DNA from: Prevotella sp.
Lineage (GTDB): Bacteria; Bacteroidota; Bacteroidia; Bacteroidales; Dysgonomonadaceae
DNA length: 10,021 bases
Assembly (NCBI GenBank): GCA_031285625.1
Contig: JAITVV010000003.1
Span: 1-10,021, forward strand
Direction of reading: 5' to 3'
In this document: positions 1 to 7,897 of the stretch, in pieces
How the letters are laid out: every line of letters starts with the position of its first letter
Numbering within the stretch: the stretch's first letter is position 1
Notes under the pieces: generated by a model
Database searches by the model: none
What the model was told of the DNA's origin: nothing
What the model saw: only the letters and a program-made list of their open reading frames with translations
Made by a program: the position numbers and the translations under genes

Positions 1-150
1 CGACAAAGGTAATAAGACCGATATTCTATTGTGATAAGATACAGAGGTATTTATTCGCCTCGCTTGGCATTTTTAAGATAAATTTCCGATCTCTTATCTT
101 GCTTCTGCAAACTTAGAGCATTTTTATTTACTAACTATAAAATTAAAATT

Positions 151-840
151 ATGAAGTATTTTACAGCACTACTATTCTTATCGTCATTCATTGTCTTTAT
201 TGCAGGAATGATAAAACCTAACGTTGTACTAAGGTTTATGAAATTGCCAAATCGTGTTCACGTATTTTTATTCAGTTCAGCTATCGGGATTGTTTCCATT
301 ATCTTAATGCTTATTATTGCACCTACCGATTTAATCAATAACAATACAACTACTAATAACAATACTAATACAGTACAAACACAAGTAGAAAACGATAAGC
401 AAATTCAAGAATCCGAGAAAAATAATAATAAAGAAGAAGATACTTCTATCGGCAAAGAAGTGTCTGTCGGGCATTTCTCTTATACTGTAAATAGTATAAA
501 CTTTAGAAAAAGTGTAGGAGACGAATTTATAGGAGAAACAGCAGACGGCATTTATTTACTTGTCAATCTCTCTATAAAAAACACGAGTGATGAAACACGG
601 ACATTAGACAACTCCTGTTTTTATCTGACTGATGCAAACAATGTAAAATTTGAATTTGCCGTAGATGCATCCACAGCACTTGAATTATCAGGACACAAAA
701 CATTATTTCTAAAAGATTGCCAGCCACGCATAAAAACCAATGGGGTATTGATTTTTGAAGTTCCCGAAAAAGATGTGTATTACTTGCATCTTGCTGGAAA
801 CTTTTGGGGTACTAAATCAGCACGTATAATATTAAAATAA
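151..840 (+). CDS. Membrane-anchored DUF4352-like (Ig-like beta-sandwich) protein
   Basis: Two N-terminal hydrophobic segments and an Asn/Thr-rich then charged linker. The C-terminal domain has the typical DUF4352 pattern: IGKEVSVG..YTVNS, G.YLLVNLSIKNTSDE, F.L.D, QP.....GVLIFEVP, Y.L. Confidence 0.75.
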   Translation: MKYFTALLFLSSFIVFIAGMIKPNVVLRFMKLPNRVHVFLFSSAIGIVSIILMLIIAPTDLINNNTTTNNNTNTVQTQVENDKQIQESEKNNNKEEDTSIGKEVSVGHFSYTVNSINFRKSVGDEFIGETADGIYLLVNLSIKNTSDETRTLDNSCFYLTDANNVKFEFAVDASTALELSGHKTLFLKDCQPRIKTNGVLIFEVPEKDVYYLHLAGNFWGTKSARIILK

Positions 841-843
841 GGA

Positions 844-1743
844 ATGAATATGAAAAAGGTAATATTTTTAATTATTGTTGTATTATTCTGTGCAACTATT
901 ACAGGATATTCTCAAAGTAAGCATATCAAATTATTTGAAGAGAAAGCAAACTCTATTTTGAAAAAGCCTATAAATAATAAAAGTTTTGAAGCCTATAACA
1001 ATTTGCAACGTGAGGCGAAAATGAAAAGATATACTTATTCAGATGGACGGCAGAAAAAGAAAAATGATGCAATTATGAATACCATTGAGAGGAAAATCTT
1101 TGATAGTATCTCCATATATGAGAAACGTAAAGAAGAGTTTAGATTGGAACAAAATAGAATTGCTTCAATAAGGAGAGATTCTATTAAACTTGCCAATGAA
1201 AAAGCAGAACAGCATAGGTTAGATTCTATAAAAATATCCCAAGAACAAAAAAAACAAAAAGAGGTGGCTATCCGAGACAGTATAGATATGATTCGGAAAA
1301 ACGACCCTGATTTTACTGTTGTAAAAGGCACAGGTAGCGGCACTTTCAGTAGTTCTCCGAATACATTAGTAAGAGCATTTACAAAGAACGCTACGGTAGA
1401 ATCTATTGTCTCCACTTTTCAACGATACATAGCATATTATGCAAAGGAATTTCCCGATGGGCGAAGAGAACGTTCTTATGATGTATATAAGGGTAACGAA
1501 CATTATTCTGTAAAACTGGAGTATTATACTAAAACACGTAAAGTAACTGCTATTATAATAGACGACCCTTATACCGATAAATTTAAACAGAGACTTCTCA
1601 ATGCAGGGTATAGATGGGACAGTGGTTCTTCTATGACTGCAACTTCTTTCGGACATGGGTATCGTTCTTATTGGAAAAAGAAAGGAAGTCCTATATTCTT
1701 CTCAATAAATGACAGGACTATTAAGATTTTTAGATTTGATTAA
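844..1743 (+). CDS. Secreted hypothetical protein (Sec signal peptide, charged helical region, unknown C-terminal domain)
   Basis: 299-aa ORF starting 3 nt after the previous stop. The N-terminus MKKVIFLIIVVLFCATITGYSQ is a typical Bacteroidota SPI signal with Gln after the cleavage site; the true start may be the second Met at 850. Followed by a terminator. Confidence 0.7.
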   Translation: MNMKKVIFLIIVVLFCATITGYSQSKHIKLFEEKANSILKKPINNKSFEAYNNLQREAKMKRYTYSDGRQKKKNDAIMNTIERKIFDSISIYEKRKEEFRLEQNRIASIRRDSIKLANEKAEQHRLDSIKISQEQKKQKEVAIRDSIDMIRKNDPDFTVVKGTGSGTFSSSPNTLVRAFTKNATVESIVSTFQRYIAYYAKEFPDGRRERSYDVYKGNEHYSVKLEYYTKTRKVTAIIIDDPYTDKFKQRLLNAGYRWDSGSSMTATSFGHGYRSYWKKKGSPIFFSINDRTIKIFRFD

Positions 1744-1759
1744 TTTTGTACTCTCAAGC

Positions 1760-1790
1760 AAGGCTCTTATTATTAGAGCCTTTTTTATTT
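1760..1790 (+). terminator. Rho-independent terminator closing the 151-1743 two-gene unit
   Basis: Perfect 8-bp stem AAGGCTCT (1760-1767) / AGAGCCTT (1775-1782) with a 7-nt loop, followed by TTTTATTT. Starts 16 nt after the stop codon. Confidence 0.85.
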
Positions 1791-1878
1791 AAAATTCCAA
1801 CGTTCTGTAATTATGTTTATCAAACGTTGAAAAAGTATTTGTATGTTTATATATAATATAAAAATTAAGGTTTAAGCT

Positions 1879-2424
1879 ATGAATTTAGAAGTTAATCCTC
1901 AAGCAATCGAACAATCATTTGATAGAATCGCCAAAGAATTATTAATTGAAAATGCTTTGTATATAAATGATAAAGTATTCCGATTTACAGAAATAGAATT
2001 TTACTATTATAATGAAGAATTCCACCCTGATAAATACACACATGAACATTCTTTAAAAGAAGGACAATGGCGTTTCCATAATCAAGGTATTGATATTACA
2101 TTCAATAGTGATGACAATCTCCAAATAGACGGAGGCATTTTAATAAGAGGAGTTTTATTAGACAAAAAATATATTAATGGACCAAGAAAAATAATAACTG
2201 CATTTTTCGAAGCATTTGGAAATATAACAGATAATACAAACTTTATTTTGAAAAGCAGCGAAAAAAGAGATGTTGAAATTATTAAAACATTTAGGCAATT
2301 ACCCAATAAAATAGAATATCCTATATATCATGAAAAACATTATCGATATATCGCAGAAATAGAAAAAGTTAAAATTTCGAGTAGTATTAAAGATGCTATT
2401 TTAAAAGACTATCAAAATCTATAA
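1879..2424 (+). CDS. Divergent methylpurine-DNA glycosylase (AAG/MPG)-like protein
   Basis: Motifs occur in the MPG family order: IAKELL (~VARDLLG), FRFTEIEFY (~GRIVETEAY), D-x3-H (DKYTH ~ DPASH), GIDIT (~LNIV), GGILIRG (~AVLIRA), INGPRKI (~TNGPGKL). Aligned by eye only. Confidence 0.6.
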   Translation: MNLEVNPQAIEQSFDRIAKELLIENALYINDKVFRFTEIEFYYYNEEFHPDKYTHEHSLKEGQWRFHNQGIDITFNSDDNLQIDGGILIRGVLLDKKYINGPRKIITAFFEAFGNITDNTNFILKSSEKRDVEIIKTFRQLPNKIEYPIYHEKHYRYIAEIEKVKISSSIKDAILKDYQNL

Positions 2425-2504
2425 TAATCAAATTTGCATTGTATTTCTATTTTAGCTATATTAAGCTAATAGTATATATCATTATTGAACTTTTAATTGT
2501 AACT

Positions 2505-3542
2505 ATGATAGATAAAATTGTATTTTATGTAAATGATGTGGATATAGACGTTTTGGAAAAACACCTAACAAGGCAGAAGATAATAAAAGATGAGTTAGCT
2601 GCTGTAGCCTTAGATAGAGAAAGAGACATCTTTAAATATGGCGTAACCCTAAAAAGAGCAATAGTCCTAAAAGTTTCTTTAGAAAAAAAGAAGGGGGCTA
2701 AAGAAAAGCACTGGAAATTGAGTGGGCATGGCTCGCTTCATAAGTTTGTACAAGGAGGAAACCATGATAGATTTAATGCAAGCGAAGCAATTAAAGCAAT
2801 TATTGAACTTGGCGAAATATTGGGCATTTCTTTAGACCGTATTATAATTACGTGTTTAGAAATCGGAGTAAACTTACAAATGCCTAAAGAACCAATGAAA
2901 TATATAGACAAGGTTCGTTCTCATGGCATAACAACAAAAAGAGCATTTATTCACATGAGGCCTCTTAAAGACACTCCTCATTTACGAGGGAAACTATGCC
3001 AATATACCTATTATGTAATTAAATTTTATGATAAAACATTTGAAGCAGAATATTATAGGAAGAAATGGTTGAAAAAATATAAGGCAGAAGGTATCCCTAT
3101 ACCTGTTATACGTAAGAATATTTTACGATACGAAATAGAACTGCATCCAAAGAAATTTCCAGCATTAGGCTTTCAAAATATAAAAGCCTCAACCTTCACA
3201 GCAGAAAAACTATTAAATCATCGCTTCTACTCAAGATTTGTCAAAATGTTAGAAGATGTTTTTCAGAAAACAGATCTTGTAGATTTGAGTAATATTCATC
3301 ATGAAAAATCGCTTGATGAAATAAAAAATTATATATTTGTAACATCAGACAGCTATAATCTATATCTTGACTATTTAAAGGATATTCTTGAGAAGAATGA
3401 TTATAACAAAGCAATAAGAGACGATAAAGCTTTAGCGAAAGAATTTAACTTTGTAAAACATACTGAAAGTATCAAAGAGCTAAAGGCGATTTTTGAAAAA
3501 GAAATAGACTTAGTTTACGATACTAGAAAACACAGCAAATAA
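2505..3542 (+). CDS. Putative replication initiator protein (Rep_trans / phage gII-X-like) of the integrated element
   Basis: Preferred start is the ATG at 2505 (MIDKIVF; 345 aa) rather than the TTG at 2439. Motifs MIDKI, GSLHKF..G.NH..F, ITCLEIGVN, IKFYDK and LRYEI follow the order D...RxD/E...YxK...RxE seen in this initiator superfamily. Basic protein. Confidence 0.55.
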   Translation: MIDKIVFYVNDVDIDVLEKHLTRQKIIKDELAAVALDRERDIFKYGVTLKRAIVLKVSLEKKKGAKEKHWKLSGHGSLHKFVQGGNHDRFNASEAIKAIIELGEILGISLDRIIITCLEIGVNLQMPKEPMKYIDKVRSHGITTKRAFIHMRPLKDTPHLRGKLCQYTYYVIKFYDKTFEAEYYRKKWLKKYKAEGIPIPVIRKNILRYEIELHPKKFPALGFQNIKASTFTAEKLLNHRFYSRFVKMLEDVFQKTDLVDLSNIHHEKSLDEIKNYIFVTSDSYNLYLDYLKDILEKNDYNKAIRDDKALAKEFNFVKHTESIKELKAIFEKEIDLVYDTRKHSK

Positions 3543-3672
3543 AATTCCACAGAATACAAAAAACACAACTTTTCCCATATCTAATAAGTAGGAATAATTA
3601 ATATTATTACATAAATAGAAATAATAATAAATAGACAAGATGAAATAAAAGAGAGTTATTGTTTTGAATTAT

Positions 3673-3680
3673 TATCTTTG
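3673..3680 (+). promoter_or_regulatory. Bacteroidota sigma-A -7 box for the four-gene cassette
   Basis: TATCTTTG matches TAnnTTTG exactly and lies 35 nt upstream of the ATG at 3716 in an AT-rich intergenic gap. No canonically spaced -33 TTTG is visible. Confidence 0.55.
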
Positions 3681-3715
3681 CTATTAATTATTAATTAATC
3701 GTCCTTTAACGTAAA

Positions 3716-4801
3716 ATGATAAACTCTTTCTTTGTTTTTGGAAAAGGAGATATAGAGATTGAAAGATTCCATCTCTGTACATGGGATTTGTCAAATTGTA
3801 ATTCTTTTATCGAGATTGGTGCCGAGATAGACCAAAATAAATATTTTGAAAAAAACAATAATCATGTAATTGAGTTAACTATTGCAGCCCCAATCTTATC
3901 AGAAATTACTAATGAGGACAACGTCATTTGCTTAGCAAAACGATTAGCTCAAAGTGAAAACAGCAAATTTATTTTCAATGATTCTTTAAAAAGTTGGTCT
4001 GAGATACAAGAAGATAGTCGTAATGGAGTTAATCTATCTTTTGTTGAAAGAGAAGAGTTGACAATTTTACCGATTGAAATACTTAAGTTAAGCGATAAAG
4101 GTTATTTAACCATATCTATAGAAGTTCCAGAAAATGCCAATAAATGGGTGTATTTTAGAATTCTAATAAAAACAAATTCTAAGACCTTAGCTCTTCCCAA
4201 AAAGGGAATTGCATCATCAAAATATATTTTTGACATAAGAATTAATGAACAACGGAACTTATCGGATATTATTCATGATGCAATAAAAAGAGAACACTTG
4301 AAAATCTGTAATATTAGAACATATTTTTGTTTTCATATAGTCCCTAATACATATGAAATATCTTTTGTTGATGATGATAAGTTGAATAGTGTTAGAATGT
4401 TAGAGACAGAGTTGTTTAAAAGATATTTAGCTGATGACATTGACCAAAAAATAGAAAATAAAAAATATCTTATTGCCTTTAACAAGTGGGAGAATAAGAA
4501 GTATCCAGATCAAAGGAAAGGATGCTCATTCTTTTCTATTTTTAAACAGGAGAGACTTGGAACAGGGCAGATTGTATTAGCTATAGGTGCTAATATTTTA
4601 TGCTCTTTATTGTTTGCATCGGCAGCTTTCAGAAAAGAACAGGGATATATGCAAAATATAGAGGGATTCGAAAGTTGGTATAGAAAGATGCCTATTGAAT
4701 ATTGGATTGCATTTTCAATCTTGATTGCATTATTTGTTTATCTTATTCCCATTAAAAAGTTTATATCAAAATTATTTTATATCTTTAAAAAGAAGAAATA
4801 A
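3716..4801 (+). CDS. Hypothetical protein: ~280-aa soluble, probably beta-rich domain plus two C-terminal TM helices
   Basis: 361-aa ORF with no signal peptide. Hydrophobic segments IVLAIGANILCSLLFASAAF and YWIAFSILIALFVYLIPI are followed by a Lys-rich tail, consistent with a cytoplasmic C-terminus. Confidence 0.7.
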   Translation: MINSFFVFGKGDIEIERFHLCTWDLSNCNSFIEIGAEIDQNKYFEKNNNHVIELTIAAPILSEITNEDNVICLAKRLAQSENSKFIFNDSLKSWSEIQEDSRNGVNLSFVEREELTILPIEILKLSDKGYLTISIEVPENANKWVYFRILIKTNSKTLALPKKGIASSKYIFDIRINEQRNLSDIIHDAIKREHLKICNIRTYFCFHIVPNTYEISFVDDDKLNSVRMLETELFKRYLADDIDQKIENKKYLIAFNKWENKKYPDQRKGCSFFSIFKQERLGTGQIVLAIGANILCSLLFASAAFRKEQGYMQNIEGFESWYRKMPIEYWIAFSILIALFVYLIPIKKFISKLFYIFKKKK

Positions 4802-4846
4802 ATATGATTTAATAAACTATCATTTCTTTTTTCTCGTTATTATTAT

Positions 4847-5356
4847 ATGAAAACAATAGTCATTGATAAGCATTTTTTCGATTCGCATATGAAAGATTTT
4901 TTCTTTTTTATGCCACTTATTTTTAATGCGCTATCAGATTTAGAAAATGAATACCCCTATTTTGGGAAATGGCTATTGCAAGTCTTTGACGATATTCCAG
5001 CTAAAAAAAGGAGTATTATATTAAAGCTTTATAATGAACAAATTATAGCAATTTCTATCGTAAAGCATACAAAGCAAGAAGAAAAGATATCAACATTCAG
5101 AGTATTTCCTAAATATAAAAGACTCGGAATAGGTTCTGAATTGATGGAGGATTCTTTATATTATTTAAAGAATGATTCTCCAATGATTACTGTATCAGAA
5201 AAAAGAATCTTTGAGTTCAGTTCATTTTTAACAAAACTGAAATTTGAGAAAACACAAGAAATACCATCATGTTATATTCAGGATATTTCTGAGCATATTT
5301 TTAATGGAAAATTAGAAAAAGAGGAAACACCAAAATATTTCTACTTTTACGAGTGA
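4847..5356 (+). CDS. GNAT-family N-acetyltransferase
   Basis: Canonical acetyl-CoA-binding motif A in ISTFRVFPKYKRLGIGSELM (R-x-G-x-G), followed by the ITVS strand and FLTKLKF (motif B-like). Confidence 0.85.
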   Translation: MKTIVIDKHFFDSHMKDFFFFMPLIFNALSDLENEYPYFGKWLLQVFDDIPAKKRSIILKLYNEQIIAISIVKHTKQEEKISTFRVFPKYKRLGIGSELMEDSLYYLKNDSPMITVSEKRIFEFSSFLTKLKFEKTQEIPSCYIQDISEHIFNGKLEKEETPKYFYFYE

Positions 5357-5435
5357 GAAAATATTAAGAAGTTTAAATTTATTTATCTATATAGAAATAA
5401 TGATAAATTTCTAATTATCCTTAGAATATAATTTA

Positions 5436-6956
5436 ATGAAAATATTACTTGATACTAATATTATAATCCATCGAGAAGCAAATAGAGTCTCAATCCCAGC
5501 AATAGGACAACTTTTTTATTGGATAGATAAATTGCATTATACAAAATATATTCATCCTATAACTATTCAAGAATTGAATAAATTTAGAGATGCACAAGCT
5601 GTTGATGTAATGAATATAAAGATTGAAAGCTATAATAAAATAAAGAATATTGCTTCAATATCAGATGTAGTTCAAAAAATCAGTCAAAAAATAGACTCAA
5701 ACGAAAATGATATAAATGATACCCAAATTCTAAATGAGGTTTATGAGGGACGGATTGATATTCTAATATCCGAAGATAAAAAGATACATACAAAAGCCTC
5801 TTTATTAAACATTCAAGACCGAGTATATAAAATACAAGGGTTTCTTGAGAAAGTTATATCTGAAAATCCCGAATTAGTGGATTACAAAGTACTAGCTGTT
5901 CAGAAAACCGATTTCGCTAAGGTCAATATTAATGACAGTTTTTTTGATAGCCTTCGTGCAGATTACAAAGAATTTGATAAATGGTTTAATAAAAAAGCTG
6001 ATGAGCCATGCTATGTTTGTTATGACAACAACATATTAACAGCCTTTCTGTATGTTAAGGTTGAAGCAGAAGATGAAAACTATTCAGACTTTATCCCGAT
6101 ATTAAAAAGAAAAAAACGGCTTAAAATTGGAACTCTGAAAGTTTCGGGCAATGGTTATAAAATTGGGGAACGTTTCTTAAAAATAATTTTTGATAACGCA
6201 ATTCAATATAAAGTTGAAGAAATATATGTAACTGTTTTTAATAGAACGCCTGAACAAGAACAGTTAATAGAAATGTTGGAAGAATGGGGTTTTATTTACC
6301 ATGGGGTAAGAGAGTCCTCTAATGAGAAAGAATTAGTATATACTCGTGCTTTTAACAAGACGTTACCAGTAAAAGTTGAATGTCCAAAATTAACTTATCC
6401 TTTCTTTTCAAGAGATACAGATAAATATATCATTAAAATTGAGCCACAGTATCATACAGAGCTTTTCCCAGACAGTATAAATACGAGAGAAGATGCAAGC
6501 CTTTATGTTGATAATGAGCCTCATCGTAATAGAATTGGGAAAGTATATATCTCTCATTCTAAAGATAGAAATCTAAAAACTGGAGATATAATTTTAATAT
6601 ATCGAATTGGGGAGACTCTCCCTAAAATATATTCAAGTACTTTAACTACTATTTGTATTGTGGAGAATGTTATAGAGAAATTCGACTCTTTTGAAAGTTT
6701 CTATCAAGCCTGTAACCGCCGGACTGTTATCAAGAAAAATGATTTAGAAAAAAATTGGTGGAATAAATATCCCTCATATAGACCTTTTGTTATAAATTTC
6801 TTGTATGCCTTTTCTTTTAAAACTCCTAAGCCAACTTTGTATGATTTGAATTGTTTAGGTGTCATACCTGACATTAAAAATATGCCAAAAGGGTTTATAA
6901 AAATAACGAATGAGGAGTTTAATAAAATTGTTAATTTTGCATACCGTAAAAAATAG
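5436..6956 (+). CDS. PIN-GNAT-PUA-like (EVE/ASCH-like) three-domain fusion protein
   Basis: N-terminal PIN domain with acidic residues in ILLDTNII, IQEL, NDTQI and ISEDK. Central GNAT (LKIGTLKV..NGYKIGERFL, IYVTVF, LEEWGF). C-terminal PUA-like region (IKIEPQYHTELFP, KVYIS, LKTGDIILIYR, TTICIVE, PKGFIKIT.EEF). Confidence 0.8.
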   Translation: MKILLDTNIIIHREANRVSIPAIGQLFYWIDKLHYTKYIHPITIQELNKFRDAQAVDVMNIKIESYNKIKNIASISDVVQKISQKIDSNENDINDTQILNEVYEGRIDILISEDKKIHTKASLLNIQDRVYKIQGFLEKVISENPELVDYKVLAVQKTDFAKVNINDSFFDSLRADYKEFDKWFNKKADEPCYVCYDNNILTAFLYVKVEAEDENYSDFIPILKRKKRLKIGTLKVSGNGYKIGERFLKIIFDNAIQYKVEEIYVTVFNRTPEQEQLIEMLEEWGFIYHGVRESSNEKELVYTRAFNKTLPVKVECPKLTYPFFSRDTDKYIIKIEPQYHTELFPDSINTREDASLYVDNEPHRNRIGKVYISHSKDRNLKTGDIILIYRIGETLPKIYSSTLTTICIVENVIEKFDSFESFYQACNRRTVIKKNDLEKNWWNKYPSYRPFVINFLYAFSFKTPKPTLYDLNCLGVIPDIKNMPKGFIKITNEEFNKIVNFAYRKK

Positions 6957-6961
6957 CTAAG

Positions 6962-7363
6962 ATGAAAGTTGTATTATCAATAAAACCAGAATTCGCATAT
7001 AAGATATTTGATGGAACCAAAAAATTTGAGTTCCGCAAATCAATTTTCAAGAATAGTAACATTGAAACTGTTGTTGTTTATGCCTCGTCTCCAGTAAAGA
7101 AAGTTATAGGAGAGTTTCAAATAGAACGAATCTTAAATTATGATTTAGATACTTTATGGGAGTTAACGAAAGAATATTCAGGTATATCAGAAGATTATTT
7201 TTATGAATATTTTGATAACCGAGAAACTGGCTTTGCAATACAGATCAAAAGTAAAATAAAGTTCAAGCAGCCTAAGAGTCTACAAGAAGATTATAAAATA
7301 ATAACTCCACCCCAATCTTTTGCTTATTTAAGTAATCAGGATAAACTTGAGGCTGTTATTTGA
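6962..7363 (+). CDS. ASCH domain protein
   Basis: Signature LSIKPEFAYKIFDGTKKFEFRK (G-x-K-x-x-E-x-R), VVVYASSP..KVIGEF and C-terminal PPQSFAYL. Starts 5 nt after the PIN-GNAT stop. Confidence 0.9.
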   Translation: MKVVLSIKPEFAYKIFDGTKKFEFRKSIFKNSNIETVVVYASSPVKKVIGEFQIERILNYDLDTLWELTKEYSGISEDYFYEYFDNRETGFAIQIKSKIKFKQPKSLQEDYKIITPPQSFAYLSNQDKLEAVI

Positions 7364-7897
7364 TAACTTACTATATTGATTAGATAATTTAGAGTCTAGC
7401 TTAGTGACAGAATTATATTTCTGTAATAAGTCAAAATACAGCAATTCAAACGCACAAGCATCTATATAATCTACAAATTTTCGATAGCCCGAAATAAATT
7501 GGCAATTAGTCATTGATATAAAATGCTGGATATTTTTTTCCGAAGTACGCATAGTAGAGCAACTCCCGAAGTGTACGACTTTACCTTTTAATTTACCCTC
7601 TATAGCTGTTGCAATCTCTTTTAGTGTTATGTATTGGTTTTCTACTATAATTCGATTTGTACGTCCATGAAATGCTAAATACAAAACAGAATAGTTTTTA
7701 TAATTTCCTTTTGTAAATTGCTGTAAGCGGTAAAAGAATTCTTCTTTAGTATCGCATTTATGATAAATATATTTTATCCCTTTAAAAGTACGGAGTAATT
7801 CAAGCATTGGCTTTACACTTTGATTGCTTCGTGGATTCTTATTCCAGTTGCCCTCTAAACAATAAATATTTCTGTCGTATGTCTTTATATCACTCAT
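7328..7897 (-). CDS. DUF6642-like protein with caspase/CHAT-type His-Cys dyad motifs
   Basis: Motifs IYCLEGNW, VLYLAFHG, VVHFGSCST and ISGY. The strand-HG ... strand-SC arrangement is typical of clan CD peptidase folds. The ATG overlaps the recombinase TGA (ATGA at 7897-7894). Confidence 0.7.
   Translation of the reverse strand: MSDIKTYDRNIYCLEGNWNKNPRSNQSVKPMLELLRTFKGIKYIYHKCDTKEEFFYRLQQFTKGNYKNYSVLYLAFHGRTNRIIVENQYITLKEIATAIEGKLKGKVVHFGSCSTMRTSEKNIQHFISMTNCQFISGYRKFVDYIDACAFELLYFDLLQKYNSVTKLDSKLSNQYSKLSNNSLKFILIT

Noticed and set aside
337-372. Imperfect 18-bp tandem repeat (AATAACAATAC twice)
   Set aside because: Encodes the NNNTTTNNNTNT low-complexity linker; two copies, in frame, and not CRISPR-like.
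1247-1260. A8 homopolymer run as a phase-variation site
   Set aside because: The frame is intact, and such runs are common in Lys/Gln-rich AT-rich coding sequence.
1035-1656. Minus-strand ORFs 1035-1415 and 1366-1656
   Set aside because: Antisense shadows of the 299-aa secreted protein gene, with no recognisable motifs.
2082-2306. Minus-strand 74-aa hydrophobic ORF
   Set aside because: Lies wholly antisense to the MPG-like gene; its hydrophobicity is expected from the reverse complement of A-rich codons.
2439-2504. TTG-initiated hydrophobic N-terminal extension of the Rep-like ORF, resembling a TM segment
   Set aside because: Probably translated AT-rich intergenic DNA; the ATG at 2505 preceded by an AT-rich leader gives a more plausible MIDKI start.
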